Source of the DNA: a virus
IMG/VR virus record: IMGVR_UViG_3300033146_005596
Coordinates: 1 to 64,000 of that record
Strand: one strand, 5' to 3'
Length of the DNA stretch: 64,000 bases
In this document: in pieces, positions 9,422 to 18,894 of the stretch
How the letters are laid out: each line of letters begins with the position of its first letter
Numbering within the stretch: the stretch's first letter is position 1
Made by a program: the position numbers and the translations under genes
Notes under the pieces: generated by a model
The model's input: only the letters and a program-made list of their open reading frames with translations
Told to the model about the DNA's origin: nothing
Database searches by the model: none

Positions 9422-9713
9422 TTAAAAACTTTTAAGTTTTAGCATAGCTACGATTCTATTAAGCTCTATATCAAGCTTTGGAAGACTGTAAGCCGTTAGG
9501 TGATAATACTAGCTGCTTATAGTGAAAGTAGGCTTTGCATTTAAGAACTCCTGAAGACCAAAAGGGTAAATCACCACTTAACTTACTAGAAATAAAGTCA
9601 AATTCACTTTTCGAGTTGAATGTTAGTACAATTATGGATAGTACTTTTTGGTCTACAAAATCAGCATCAAGACTAGATGCTATAAACCTAAGATTATCTT
9701 CTATACTTTTCAT
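9422..9713 (-). pseudogene. frameshifted member of the small early protein family
   Basis: track ORF ends QSSKA*, but the +1 frame continues KLDIELNRIVAMLKLKSF* (family C-terminus). Confidence 0.65.
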
Positions 9714-10030
9714 GCTAACCCCTTGAGTTTAAGTATACTATTTATTGTTTTAAGGTTTTGATATAAAGCTTCAAAGACCTCTGTAGTTAGTGAGCTATTT
9801 TTAGTATTGCAAAACATGAAAGTCAACCGATGTATAGTCTTTTTTGAAAGTACAAAAACAGGAAGTTCTGGGCCTATTAGCCGATTCAAGGCTTGGAGCT
9901 CTTCTGCTGTTTTAAACTCAATCATTACTTCCAGCATAGGATATTGATAATAATATTTACCATTGACAGCTTTTGCAATCTTGTATACTAAGCCTTTTAT
10001 TAAAGTTGGATGGTTCCTTTCAATACTCAT
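9710..10030 (-). CDS. small early family protein
   Basis: 106 aa, SD GGAG, ends FEALYQNLKTINSILKLKGLA. Confidence 0.75.
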   Translation of the reverse strand: MSIERNHPTLIKGLVYKIAKAVNGKYYYQYPMLEVMIEFKTAEELQALNRLIGPELPVFVLSKKTIHRLTFMFCNTKNSSLTTEVFEALYQNLKTINSILKLKGLA

Positions 10031-10156
10031 TTATATTTTCTCCAATTCTGTTTTTAGTCATAACACTTAACTTCCTTGGTACTATGGTACCAGATAAAAA
10101 CGGCTGACTAAAAATAAAAGCAACGCCCAACAGTTTATATCGCCATTCACTTTTAT
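10028..10156 (-). repeat. copy 2 of the structured 5' leader
   Basis: matches 9257..9380; the hairpin loop is reverse-complemented relative to copy 1. Confidence 0.9.
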
Positions 10157-10197
10157 TATCAATCAGCCGGAGAATGAACTCTTAGCTTCTTAGCTTC

Positions 10198-11256
10198 TTA
10201 TTCCATTGATGCTAAGATTGATTTTCTGAACTCATCAGTAGGATCATAAGCTTTGATGATTGTCTTAACATGTCCAAGATATTTAATATCATCAGAAGAC
10301 TCTAGCCACTTGATAATTAGAAATACTACTTCATCAGCCCGACAAACTTTCAAGAACTTAACAATGTTATTCTTTTGAGTCATAGTAGTTTCATCGACTT
10401 TATACTCAGCAAAATCATGAATTAGTGATGATTTCTTGGAAGCAGGAACCGACTTAACTAGCTTTTTAACATCAGCCCAGTTCTCAACAATGTCCTCAAC
10501 CGTAACCATAGCAGTTTCTTCAAGATAAGTCTTGAAAGCCATTGCTCCAGTACCAACATAATTAAAACCAGCTTCAATAACCTCATTCATTAAATCATTA
10601 GTACTAGGGCTATCTCCTAATACTGACTTAAGATAATTTGATAAATTAGTCCAACTTCTATATGAAGCTGTTGCATCTGAGTTTTCAGAGCTTTCAAAGA
10701 TTTTACCGGGACGAGCCTCAAGAAAATCAACTACTTGACTTAGGACTTTTCCATCAGCCCATTTTTTCCAATCATTAAACTCTAAAACATGCCTGACTGG
10801 AACTAGACGATTCATTAGTGCAGTACCAAGTTCTTCAGTACTTCCTTCATCTGAAGAACCATTTCCAGCGCAACAGAAGTAAACCTCATCATTGAATGCA
10901 AACTCAGTTCCAATAGTTCTCTCGTTCAAAATCTGAAGACTAGCATTTAGAGTAGCTACAGATGCTCTATCAATCTCGTCAAAGAATATAAGAGTTGGTT
11001 GGTCATTTGCTTTTACCAACATTTTAGGTAAAGCCCATTCTACTACCGTGGTTCCTTTATAATCGATAGGTCGAGGTATACCAGCTAAATCTTCTGAAGC
11101 TAGTTGTCCAAGGCGTAGGTCTATAAAGTTCCAGCTATTTCTATCTGCAATCTCTCTAACTATTGCAGATTTTCCTGAACCCGGAACTCCAGTTATGAAT
11201 AATACACCAGCTTTACTCTTAATAATCTTTTCATAAGTTTCAATTTTCATTTTCAT
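10198..11256 (-). CDS. MoxR-family AAA+ ATPase
   Basis: GVPGSGKS, IDLRL, EDLAGIP, FFDEIDRA, AGN, ALMNRL. Confidence 0.9.
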   Translation of the reverse strand: MKMKIETYEKIIKSKAGVLFITGVPGSGKSAIVREIADRNSWNFIDLRLGQLASEDLAGIPRPIDYKGTTVVEWALPKMLVKANDQPTLIFFDEIDRASVATLNASLQILNERTIGTEFAFNDEVYFCCAGNGSSDEGSTEELGTALMNRLVPVRHVLEFNDWKKWADGKVLSQVVDFLEARPGKIFESSENSDATASYRSWTNLSNYLKSVLGDSPSTNDLMNEVIEAGFNYVGTGAMAFKTYLEETAMVTVEDIVENWADVKKLVKSVPASKKSSLIHDFAEYKVDETTMTQKNNIVKFLKVCRADEVVFLIIKWLESSDDIKYLGHVKTIIKAYDPTDEFRKSILASME

Positions 11257-11305
11257 TCTCCATAGTAACCAGTTTAACTTGAGTGTCTTACTCGCTGATT
11301 ACATA

Positions 11306-11340
11306 TATAATATAACGAAGTTCTACAAGTCTGCGTAAAA
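11306..11340 (-). promoter_or_regulatory. class I promoter
   Basis: TTTTACGCA-N15-GTTATATTATA. Confidence 0.75.
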
Positions 11341-11506
11341 AAATAAAAATAAAAGCTGCAAATATTATATAATTATGTTTTAGGGAGCTCTGAATACAAA
11401 CTACTTATCTATAAAAGTACTTCATTATAATATTGAGGGGTGAAAAGAAAAAATCATATCCAGTAAGAATATGATTTAATTAGACTGATATACTATGGGT
11501 CCCATA

Positions 11507-11881
11507 TTATCTTATTTCAGACAATGCTCTCAAGCTCTCAATTAGCTTACGATTCTTGCTCTCAGTTATATTCTGAAATATTTCAGCGTCTAAGTCTTTA
11601 ATCTCAGTGGTATTGGTACCAACAAAAACATTAGTTCCACCACCCTCAGCAGAAGGTTGAGGCATTAGAGGTCGAATTAAAGTCTCGGACTCTTGTATAT
11701 TAAAATCTTTCATTCTGGACCAAAACTCAAGAAGTTCTTCAGTGCTAAATTCTGGTATTCTAGCAAGCATTGCCTCTAGTACTATCTTCTCATTTGTCTC
11801 GCTTTCTGTTACTTTTTCCAGACGTTTCAAATAGAAGTTAGAAAGACTTTGTCGCATATCTGGCTGCTCGTTAGTTGTCAT
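11507..11881 (-). CDS. hypothetical protein
   Basis: 124 aa, SD GGAGGAG. Confidence 0.7.
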   Translation of the reverse strand: MTTNEQPDMRQSLSNFYLKRLEKVTESETNEKIVLEAMLARIPEFSTEELLEFWSRMKDFNIQESETLIRPLMPQPSAEGGGTNVFVGTNTTEIKDLDAEIFQNITESKNRKLIESLRALSEIR

Positions 11882-11883
11882 GT

Positions 11884-12297
11884 TTACTCCTCCAATTTTT
11901 CAATCATAAACTTCTTCAATTGAAATATTTTAATTCCTAGCGCAATTGTATCAAGGTCTGTATTTTTTAATATAGCTTTTATTTCTTTCCAGCTTTTGCC
12001 CTTATGCTCTTTTAAATAGAAGCAAATAGCTAAATCTAAGTCTGATTTGAAGTCTTGAGACTCTGGAAAATAAATGTCTTCTCCAGATAAATAATCAATA
12101 ACAGTCAAAAAATGCTCAGTGGGCAATATGTTATATAACCCTAGAATCTTTTCTGCTGATTTACTTTTCCGCATTTTTTTATTTTTAAATAAGATTAGCT
12201 CAAGAATGGTATTAACCTCTTTAAGTTTATTGCTGTCAATTGTTTCTATGTTTTCTAGTCCTTTTTGGAACATGCTTTTGGGCTTATTGTTTTCCAT
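11884..12297 (-). CDS. possible Mor/C-like transcription regulator
   Basis: DYLSGEDIYFP followed by HTH-like GKSWKEIKAIL. Confidence 0.45.
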   Translation of the reverse strand: MENNKPKSMFQKGLENIETIDSNKLKEVNTILELILFKNKKMRKSKSAEKILGLYNILPTEHFLTVIDYLSGEDIYFPESQDFKSDLDLAICFYLKEHKGKSWKEIKAILKNTDLDTIALGIKIFQLKKFMIEKLEE

Positions 12298-12303
12298 AAT
12301 ATT

Positions 12304-12675
12304 TTACTTTGTATCCTCAAGAAATAAGCCCATAAAGACATAATAGTCAAGAGCTTTTATTTCTAGCTTTTCAACGAACAATGCCTCAAACTCATTGAAC
12401 TCTTTAGTAGCTAATTTTGGAAGCTTAAGTTCAATTGAATTACTTTTTAAGTATTCAGCCCATTCAATATTGATTTCATCTGAACTATCAGAACTTGCTT
12501 CAAAACCTTCTATAATAATTGTATTTGCATCATCTAGTTTTTTCTTCAGCTTTAAAAAAGTTAAAATACTTGGGCTCAGCTTATTACCTTCACTAAGTGC
12601 ATTAAGAATTAAATTGGTAGCTCTATGTACTACTAGTATATCAGTATAATTTATTTTGACCATAATTATAAACAA
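12304..12675 (-). CDS. hypothetical protein
   Basis: 123 aa, SD GAGGAG, ACTAATTA at 12695-12702 (- strand). Confidence 0.65.
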   Translation of the reverse strand: MFIIMVKINYTDILVVHRATNLILNALSEGNKLSPSILTFLKLKKKLDDANTIIIEGFEASSDSSDEINIEWAEYLKSNSIELKLPKLATKEFNEFEALFVEKLEIKALDYYVFMGLFLEDTK

Positions 12676-12719
12676 TCTCCTCTAATATTATTTATAATTA
12701 GTACTACTGAATACTATGC

Positions 12720-14555
12720 TCAAATCATCCCATTGCTCATCTTAAAAATTGAATTCCATTCTTCTTTGGATAAAAAGTCTTTATCAAGAAGTTTGGTATG
12801 TATGGTATTTTTATTTCCCAGAGTTTCATCTTTATAAATATCTAGGGAACCATCAAAAAGGAGAACGTAAGTGTTAACATCCTTGTTCTGCCCATATCTA
12901 TATATTCTTTTTTGAGATTGTTCATATTCAATAAAATTAAAACTTCTCTGGAAATAAATCTGGCAGGTCGCATTAGTAACAGTGATACTAGTGTTTAATA
13001 CTGAGATATTAGCTATTAATAGCTTATGCTTTTTAGATGCTTTAAAACTATCAACAACCTCTTGCTTTATTTCATCTTTTGTCATACCCTTTTTGGAGCC
13101 TTTTGTACCACCAACTAGTACTAATGGATTTAATTTTTTGTACTTATCAGCTATTAAATATGCTTGGCTTGGGTGTGTTACCCATACAATAGTGTCTTCT
13201 TTACTATCAATAGTATGTTGCTTAATTAAATCGTCTAAGACCTCCATCTTATTATTATCAGTAATTTTTAATCGCCTAGCTAAGGCCTTAATATCATCAG
13301 GTACTTTAGGGTTTGGCACCAATAGCTCTGGAGCATCTAACGCTAACATCATATAAGCAAATGAGTTTTTGACTCTTTTTGCCTCTAGCTTTCCATACTT
13401 CTTTTGTATTCCGTTCAAAGTGTGAACAACAAATGACTCGTACAGTTTTTTGTGCTTACCTGACAGCTCAACATACCTCTTTTTGGTATAGTTTTCTGGT
13501 AAGTCCAAATGAGTTTTAGCCTCTCTCTTTTTCATATAGTTTTGATTTAATTTGTCCATAAGAGCTTTTACTTTTTCAGGCTTAAAGTAATTGATTGCAT
13601 AAGCACTCCATTTATTACCTAAAACAGCAATATCTTCAAGCCATACACTATAGGTGGAATTAGACACTAAACTACTATCCAGAACATTTAACTGTGGATA
13701 ATACTTTTCTATAACATCTGCAGGAGTAGCAGAAAATAAATATCTGTATTCAAAGAAATCTTTTATCTGCATGAAAACCTTGGTCTGTCTTGACTGAGCA
13801 TTACCTATCTTATGAGACTCGTCTAAGAACATACACCCAACATTACCATCTAGCCATGATTTTATTGGAATTCTAGTTTTAGTATACTGCTTCGATTTGC
13901 TCTTTTCTTTTTTAAAATAGTAATGGTCACTAATTAACCGCATTGAGCCATAAGTTGCTATAATGATTTTGGCTTTAGTATTAAAAGGCTCTCTAGTCTT
14001 TGCATTTCCAATTACAATATCTTTAGCAGTAAAGTTTTTAGAAAACTTCAAAATCTCATGTTTCAAGTTATAAAGGCCTGATGGGGTTGTTACTAACAAA
14101 AACTTTTTAGCTTTGTTTAAATAGCTCAAGTGTTCCATTAGTGCAACAGTTGCATAGCTTTTTCCAAGACCGCACTCCCAATTATAAAAAAATCTATTTT
14201 GCATTAAGCCTCTTACTATATCAACTTTTTGAAATCTCTCGTTAGGACTAACCCCTTTAATTGGAGGAAATTTCAGAAGGTCTTGATTAAACATTATTCT
14301 TTCTCTTGATTTTATCAGTTCAACTTTACCCTTCAATATTTCTTGGACTTCTTGCTCATCTTCAACATTTATAATGTCTAGCTCGCTTAGACCATCAATA
14401 ACAGAATAGTATTTTGCAGGAGAGATATACCAAGATTTTGTATCTGGTTGGTATATACATTTAAAAGACTTCAGTTTTTCAACAGCTGCTCCAAAATCAG
14501 GCGTGTTTCTAAAATATATTCTAATCTGTCCATTTTCTGGCTTAACTTCTAACAT
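12720..14555 (-). CDS. SNF2/SF2 DNA helicase with HARP-like N-terminus
   Basis: ECGLGKS, LDESH, SATP, QSQKRIYRYGQ; N-terminal YQPDTKSWYI. Confidence 0.88.
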   Translation of the reverse strand: MLEVKPENGQIRIYFRNTPDFGAAVEKLKSFKCIYQPDTKSWYISPAKYYSVIDGLSELDIINVEDEQEVQEILKGKVELIKSRERIMFNQDLLKFPPIKGVSPNERFQKVDIVRGLMQNRFFYNWECGLGKSYATVALMEHLSYLNKAKKFLLVTTPSGLYNLKHEILKFSKNFTAKDIVIGNAKTREPFNTKAKIIIATYGSMRLISDHYYFKKEKSKSKQYTKTRIPIKSWLDGNVGCMFLDESHKIGNAQSRQTKVFMQIKDFFEYRYLFSATPADVIEKYYPQLNVLDSSLVSNSTYSVWLEDIAVLGNKWSAYAINYFKPEKVKALMDKLNQNYMKKREAKTHLDLPENYTKKRYVELSGKHKKLYESFVVHTLNGIQKKYGKLEAKRVKNSFAYMMLALDAPELLVPNPKVPDDIKALARRLKITDNNKMEVLDDLIKQHTIDSKEDTIVWVTHPSQAYLIADKYKKLNPLVLVGGTKGSKKGMTKDEIKQEVVDSFKASKKHKLLIANISVLNTSITVTNATCQIYFQRSFNFIEYEQSQKRIYRYGQNKDVNTYVLLFDGSLDIYKDETLGNKNTIHTKLLDKDFLSKEEWNSIFKMSNGMI

Positions 14556-15380
14556 CTAATCTCCAAACTCTATTTCTTTTCCGGTACCATACATTTCTTT
14601 AGGTCCATTATATCCTCTAATATCTGTAACAACTCCATCAACTGTTATGTTAGTGGTACCATACTCTGGAAAAGGTTTTTCGGCAATAGCACATATTTCT
14701 TGTATTACTGACTCAGCTGTATTTTTAGGTAAAGCCCAACTCATAGAATCATGTACTGACCCAACTAAGTAACCATCAATTTCATTTTCTTGCAAATAAT
14801 TGTCAATAGCAACTATTGCTCGCATTACAAGCACAGACTCAAAGTTTTGAACATCAGTATTAGCTGCTGTATTATTGATTCCAGCAAATATTCTACTATT
14901 CAGCCTATCATCATCTTCACCTTTTAGTATCATTTCAGGAAAATGCCTGAAAGCTCCGTGGTAGCTTCGTATGAAGCCGTCACGTGAAGCGTTGTTTACA
15001 CTCTCTCGTAACCTCCTACCAAAGCCCGGATATGCAGCAAAAAACTTATTCTTCATGTCAATAGCAACAGCTTTTTGTTTTAAGTACAGCAGTGTTTCAG
15101 AGCCTCTTTGATTCTGGGTTAACATATCTAATATGTTTTCAAGGTCATTTTCTTCTATGTATTTGTTACAGTCTTCCATGCTCCAGGTATTGGCCAGAGC
15201 AATCTTAACAAAGGTTGCAGGTTGTGCACCGAACAACAAACCAAAATTACAATTATGTGTTAGATAACCAGCTTTAGTGGAATTCTGTCGTATTATTAAC
15301 TCGTGGTCTTCTACATTCAAGCTATGAACTGACTCTTTGTTTTCTAGCATTTTAATGCTATTTATTTTTACTCTCTTCAT
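14556..15380 (-). CDS. polA: split-intein C-half (43 aa) fused to the C-terminal part of a family A DNA polymerase
   Basis: MKRVKINSIK...VHSLNVEDH...YLTHN|C, then NFGLLFG (half of motif B), GFIRSYHGAFRHFP, AANTDVQ, VHDS (motif C). Confidence 0.9.
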   Translation of the reverse strand: MKRVKINSIKMLENKESVHSLNVEDHELIIRQNSTKAGYLTHNCNFGLLFGAQPATFVKIALANTWSMEDCNKYIEENDLENILDMLTQNQRGSETLLYLKQKAVAIDMKNKFFAAYPGFGRRLRESVNNASRDGFIRSYHGAFRHFPEMILKGEDDDRLNSRIFAGINNTAANTDVQNFESVLVMRAIVAIDNYLQENEIDGYLVGSVHDSMSWALPKNTAESVIQEICAIAEKPFPEYGTTNITVDGVVTDIRGYNGPKEMYGTGKEIEFGD

Positions 15381-15413
15381 ATTATTATAATAAGGTCAAA
15401 AGTAACATTTTTA
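15381..15413 (-). promoter_or_regulatory. class II promoter abutting ATG (leaderless)
   Basis: TAAAAAT-N11-CCTTATTATAATAAT-ATG. Confidence 0.7.
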
Positions 15414-15759
15414 AATTATTTTTATAAATATTTTCAAAATTCAAAAGTTCCACATCACAAAAGTCTACGGGCTTAACCTTGCACATGTCATAGTCAAGTA
15501 TTTCAGTATAGTGGTACAGCTCATAGTCTGTCATATCATAGCCACCTGTTAAAACTTGCACAGGCCTATCCTTTCTTACTTTTTCTATTTTTTTAAGAGC
15601 TCTTTTATACCTTTTATTTTTTATAAGTATTAAGGTATATTTCCCACTGTCTTCTAAAAAGACGAAAAGCCAGTCGTTTACCTTAACAGTAAAACGAGCT
15701 CGCTTTTCAACCTCTTGTGTATGGTCTATTTCAAATTGGCCTATACTGCTTTCTTCCAC
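15385..15759 (-). CDS. hypothetical protein
   Basis: 124-aa ORF, GTG start. Confidence 0.6.
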   Translation of the reverse strand: MEESSIGQFEIDHTQEVEKRARFTVKVNDWLFVFLEDSGKYTLILIKNKRYKRALKKIEKVRKDRPVQVLTGGYDMTDYELYHYTEILDYDMCKVKPVDFCDVELLNFENIYKNNLKMLLLTLL

Positions 15760-15908
15760 TTTATTACATTCCTATTTTCAGACAACCATATAGTCCAAGC
15801 TTTTTGGTCATTTACAATTATGGCCCAGATATTATCCCTTAAATGTTTCCTAGCAAATGGTTCTGTAATAAACTTTTTACCTGGAAGATTTTCAACTAAG
15901 TAATACAT
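15741..15908 (-). CDS. small hypothetical protein, 55 aa (not in ORF track)
   Basis: MYYLVENLPGKKFITEPFARKHLRDNIWAIIVNDQKAWTIWLSENRNVIKWKKAV*, SD AAGGGG, ACTTATTT at 15930-15937. Confidence 0.65.
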   Translation of the reverse strand: MYYLVENLPGKKFITEPFARKHLRDNIWAIIVNDQKAWTIWLSENRNVIKWKKAV

Positions 15909-15967
15909 TGTAAGCAATCCCCTTATATTAAATAAGTCTTTATTGCTTTTTAACTTGCATTAGAAAG

Positions 15968-17359
15968 TTAATCGTCTTTTTCTATATCATATACTTTAAA
16001 TATTGGGCCGTTGAACATATAATCCATTCTGGTACCAATTTTGCCAGATGAGTTTTTAAGCACTGATATTTCCATAATATCGTCAAGGAGGTCAGTCTCT
16101 TCTAAATCGCCAAGGTACCTATCTGCATAGAACTTCGGTCTAAAAACAGATAATACTAGTCTTGCCCTTTCTCCTAAAGCAGCAGCATTTTTAATATCAT
16201 TAAACCCACCTCTCAGCTTGTCAATATCCTCAAGGGAAGTAATCTCTGAGCTATCAGCATTTCTGTTAAACTGCACAACCCCAAAAATATGGCAATTTTC
16301 AGATTTTGCTAAAGCATTTAAATCATTAACCGCAATTTCCATCTGGACTGGTACCGAACTACCAGCATTTTGTCCTGACATGAAATCTTTAACTTGTGTT
16401 AATAAGTCAATAAATACTAGCACATAGTCATTACCAGTTCTTTGTTTATACTCACGGATTAGCTGTTCTAACTTTATTAGGTCTAACTTAGGATTATCAA
16501 TTACATAAAAGTTTTCATTATCTTCCAGCTCTTTTCTTTGCTGCTCAACTTTTTTAAGGATAGGTGCTAAGTCCATTCCAGTTTTGTAGAACTCACTGAT
16601 TGGTATTTCAGTACGCATCGCCATTAATCTATCATATGTATCTTCTGAGCTCATTTCTAATGTTACATAAATACAAGGCTGATTCATATTTATAAGAGCA
16701 TTGACTAGGTTTAGAGTATAGGTTGATTTACCAGAACCGGATGAGCCAGATAAAATAGTAATAGCTCCTGGGTATGCGCCTTTAAAAACCTCTTTGTCCA
16801 GCTGCTTATTACCAAAAGTATACCTTTTTCCTAGTTGTCTATCCTCTAATACTTTCTTATATTCAGTACCCCAGTCTTGAATTGATTTTAAGTATTCAGA
16901 TGAGTCTCCATTCATTATTTTAGTGCTATCTGATAAAACTTTTCCAATAGCAGTCTGGTCAATAGTACCATTTTTTTTGGATAGTTCCTTTAAGAAAACT
17001 TGTGCCTGAGCTTTTAAGTTCTCTTTAATTCTAGCAGCTTTCAATGTGCTAACTACATCTTGATATTTAGTACCATCATTGTCCAAAGATACTATTCGGT
17101 CTATTAAAGAAGCTTCCACCTCAAAGTTTATCTCATTAGCTCTTTGTAATAACGATGATGCTGTAATTGGTATATTTTCGTGGTGTAATTGAGCTATCGC
17201 TTCATAAACATCTTTAGGTAATTTATGAATTAATAGTTCTTTATCAATGCCACTATCTGCTGTGTATATTAGTTTTGGATTATTATAAATAAGATGAAGA
17301 AGCCTCATCTCTGCTACTATAATGTAGTCTGTATTATCTCGTATTTGTTCACTGCTCAA
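15968..17359 (-). CDS. dnaB: DnaB-like replicative helicase
   Basis: SGSSGSGKST, VTLEMS, VFIDLL, VQFNR, VLKN; TTG start with SD AAGGAG. Confidence 0.9.
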   Translation of the reverse strand: MSSEQIRDNTDYIIVAEMRLLHLIYNNPKLIYTADSGIDKELLIHKLPKDVYEAIAQLHHENIPITASSLLQRANEINFEVEASLIDRIVSLDNDGTKYQDVVSTLKAARIKENLKAQAQVFLKELSKKNGTIDQTAIGKVLSDSTKIMNGDSSEYLKSIQDWGTEYKKVLEDRQLGKRYTFGNKQLDKEVFKGAYPGAITILSGSSGSGKSTYTLNLVNALINMNQPCIYVTLEMSSEDTYDRLMAMRTEIPISEFYKTGMDLAPILKKVEQQRKELEDNENFYVIDNPKLDLIKLEQLIREYKQRTGNDYVLVFIDLLTQVKDFMSGQNAGSSVPVQMEIAVNDLNALAKSENCHIFGVVQFNRNADSSEITSLEDIDKLRGGFNDIKNAAALGERARLVLSVFRPKFYADRYLGDLEETDLLDDIMEISVLKNSSGKIGTRMDYMFNGPIFKVYDIEKDD

Positions 17360-17376
17360 TTTGTAAATCTCCTTAT

Positions 17377-17410
17377 ATTATTATAATAAGGAGATTTACC
17401 GGATTTCTTA
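17377..17410 (-). promoter_or_regulatory. class II promoter inside a palindrome
   Basis: TAAGAAAT-N11-CCTTATTATAATAAT; AAATCTCCTTAT...ATAAGGAGATTT inverted repeat. Confidence 0.7.
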
Positions 17411-17414
17411 CTTT

Positions 17415-18062
17415 TTATATTAAATTTAATTCCCTTAATTTTCTATTAGCTGCTTCACTCCAAGCCATACGGCCATAAACATTATTAGGCGCAAACTGAA
17501 CCTCTGCTTTACCTTCTACTAAAGAAAAAGGCCTGTTATTTATTAAAGTTGCATACTTAGCTTTCACTCCAAACTCTCTTTTAGAATAAGGTATTTCAAC
17601 ATCTTTGAATGGCCAAGCACCTTCTTTGGTACCAATTAGTTTTCCGCTATTTCCAAAAGGAATAGATAATATTGCATCTTGGTCATACTCTTCACCCAAT
17701 TGCTTTAGCACTTTTTCTAATTCGTTATTGTCATCGCCATCAACAGTAGTATTAACAACCCAAAAAGCAGGTTCCTTAACAGGAATTTCTTCCAGAGCAT
17801 CAGATTTAAGATTTTTCCCCCATTCATAGTCTGGGGGCTTGTAGTTTTCAATATAAAAACCAGATACTTTAGTAACCCCAAAGCCTAACTTTAATAATAG
17901 TCCTTTAAGCTCCTCCTGTTTCTGTCGGTTAGCTGCATAAGTTCTTTCATCTCTCCAAGCAGTTATTGCTCCGCAAGCATGCTTTTCCATAGCTTCAAAA
18001 GCTCGTGATAAACTTGACTCTTTCATTGCTTCTTGGTCTAAAAACCTCTGTCTCAAACTCAT
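17415..18062 (-). CDS. phage protein of ESSLSR type, possibly head-internal
   Basis: MKE|SSLSR, GAITAWR, GFYIE, LGEEYDQDAIL; pattern recalled from T4-like phage hypothetical proteins. Confidence 0.55.
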   Translation of the reverse strand: MSLRQRFLDQEAMKESSLSRAFEAMEKHACGAITAWRDERTYAANRQKQEELKGLLLKLGFGVTKVSGFYIENYKPPDYEWGKNLKSDALEEIPVKEPAFWVVNTTVDGDDNNELEKVLKQLGEEYDQDAILSIPFGNSGKLIGTKEGAWPFKDVEIPYSKREFGVKAKYATLINNRPFSLVEGKAEVQFAPNNVYGRMAWSEAANRKLRELNLI

Positions 18063-18076
18063 AGTATTTTCTCCTT

Positions 18077-18805
18077 TTAGCCAAAGATTGACTTTATATC
18101 AAACTGTTTGCAGTGCTCTAAATAGTTATCCTCAAATTTAAGATAACAGCCATTCAAAGCACAGTTTCTATGCATTAAGTCCTGTAGCGAAACACTAAAA
18201 TTATTTTGATGTATTCCACTTATTGCTACATTTGAAATAAAAATATTACTTTTTCCATAGGCCTGGATTCTCTCTCTAACAAAATCGTCTAAGAAAGATA
18301 GCTGGTAACCAGACTTATAAATTGCTAGTTTATTTTTATCAAATGACTCATCTATAATAAGTAAGTCTGCTTTTTTTAGTATGTTTATTCTATCTGAGTT
18401 ATTGTTTATAAAATCTGGGAGAAGCAAATCAACTAGTCGTTTCATTGTTATATACTCCACAGTATATTTTTGTTTTAAAAGTTTGTGGGCAACCCATGCA
18501 GCAATAGTTGTTTTCTGGGTACCATTCCCACCATAAAAGTATAATGTTTCTGACTTAAACCTCTTATAGTTATCTGTAAACTCAAGTAGTTTAGGTATAT
18601 TCTTATTTGTATCTAAGCCTTTATAGGATTTTTCTAAATCAAACTGAGGTATAAAATTAGAATATGGTATATTTGATTTCCTCATTTTTATTTCTAGCAG
18701 TTGTGATTCACGCCATTTCTTTTTACATACACATTCTTTAACTGTATTCTCATCTATTTTAATAATTCCATTGTTGCATTTGTTACAACTTCTAAAAGCT
18801 ACCAT
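18077..18805 (-). CDS. DnaC/IstB-like helicase loader with N-terminal Zn site (start MVAFRSC)
   Basis: CNKC...ECVC, variant Walker A GGNGTQKT, LLIIDE, ISN; SD AAGGAG before 18805. Confidence 0.8.
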   Translation of the reverse strand: MVAFRSCNKCNNGIIKIDENTVKECVCKKKWRESQLLEIKMRKSNIPYSNFIPQFDLEKSYKGLDTNKNIPKLLEFTDNYKRFKSETLYFYGGNGTQKTTIAAWVAHKLLKQKYTVEYITMKRLVDLLLPDFINNNSDRINILKKADLLIIDESFDKNKLAIYKSGYQLSFLDDFVRERIQAYGKSNIFISNVAISGIHQNNFSVSLQDLMHRNCALNGCYLKFEDNYLEHCKQFDIKSIFG

Positions 18806-18841
18806 TTTGCTATCTCCTTCTATATAACATTTGCGTAAAAT

Positions 18842-18875
18842 GGTGCCGAATAAGCTTTGGCTTAATCCGGCACCC
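18842..18875 (-). terminator. stem-loop downstream of the SSB gene
   Basis: GGTGCCGGATTAAGC-CAAA-GCTTATTCGGCACC followed by ATTTT. Confidence 0.65.
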
Positions 18876-18894
18876 AAAAACAGGAGTCTAATTT

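Noticed and set aside
9257-10156. CRISPR array
   Set aside because: Only two ~125-bp copies separated by genes; no repeat-spacer periodicity or cas genes
18841-18875. tRNA-like element ending in CCA on the - strand
   Set aside because: Single 35-nt hairpin with no D, anticodon or T arms; fits a terminator
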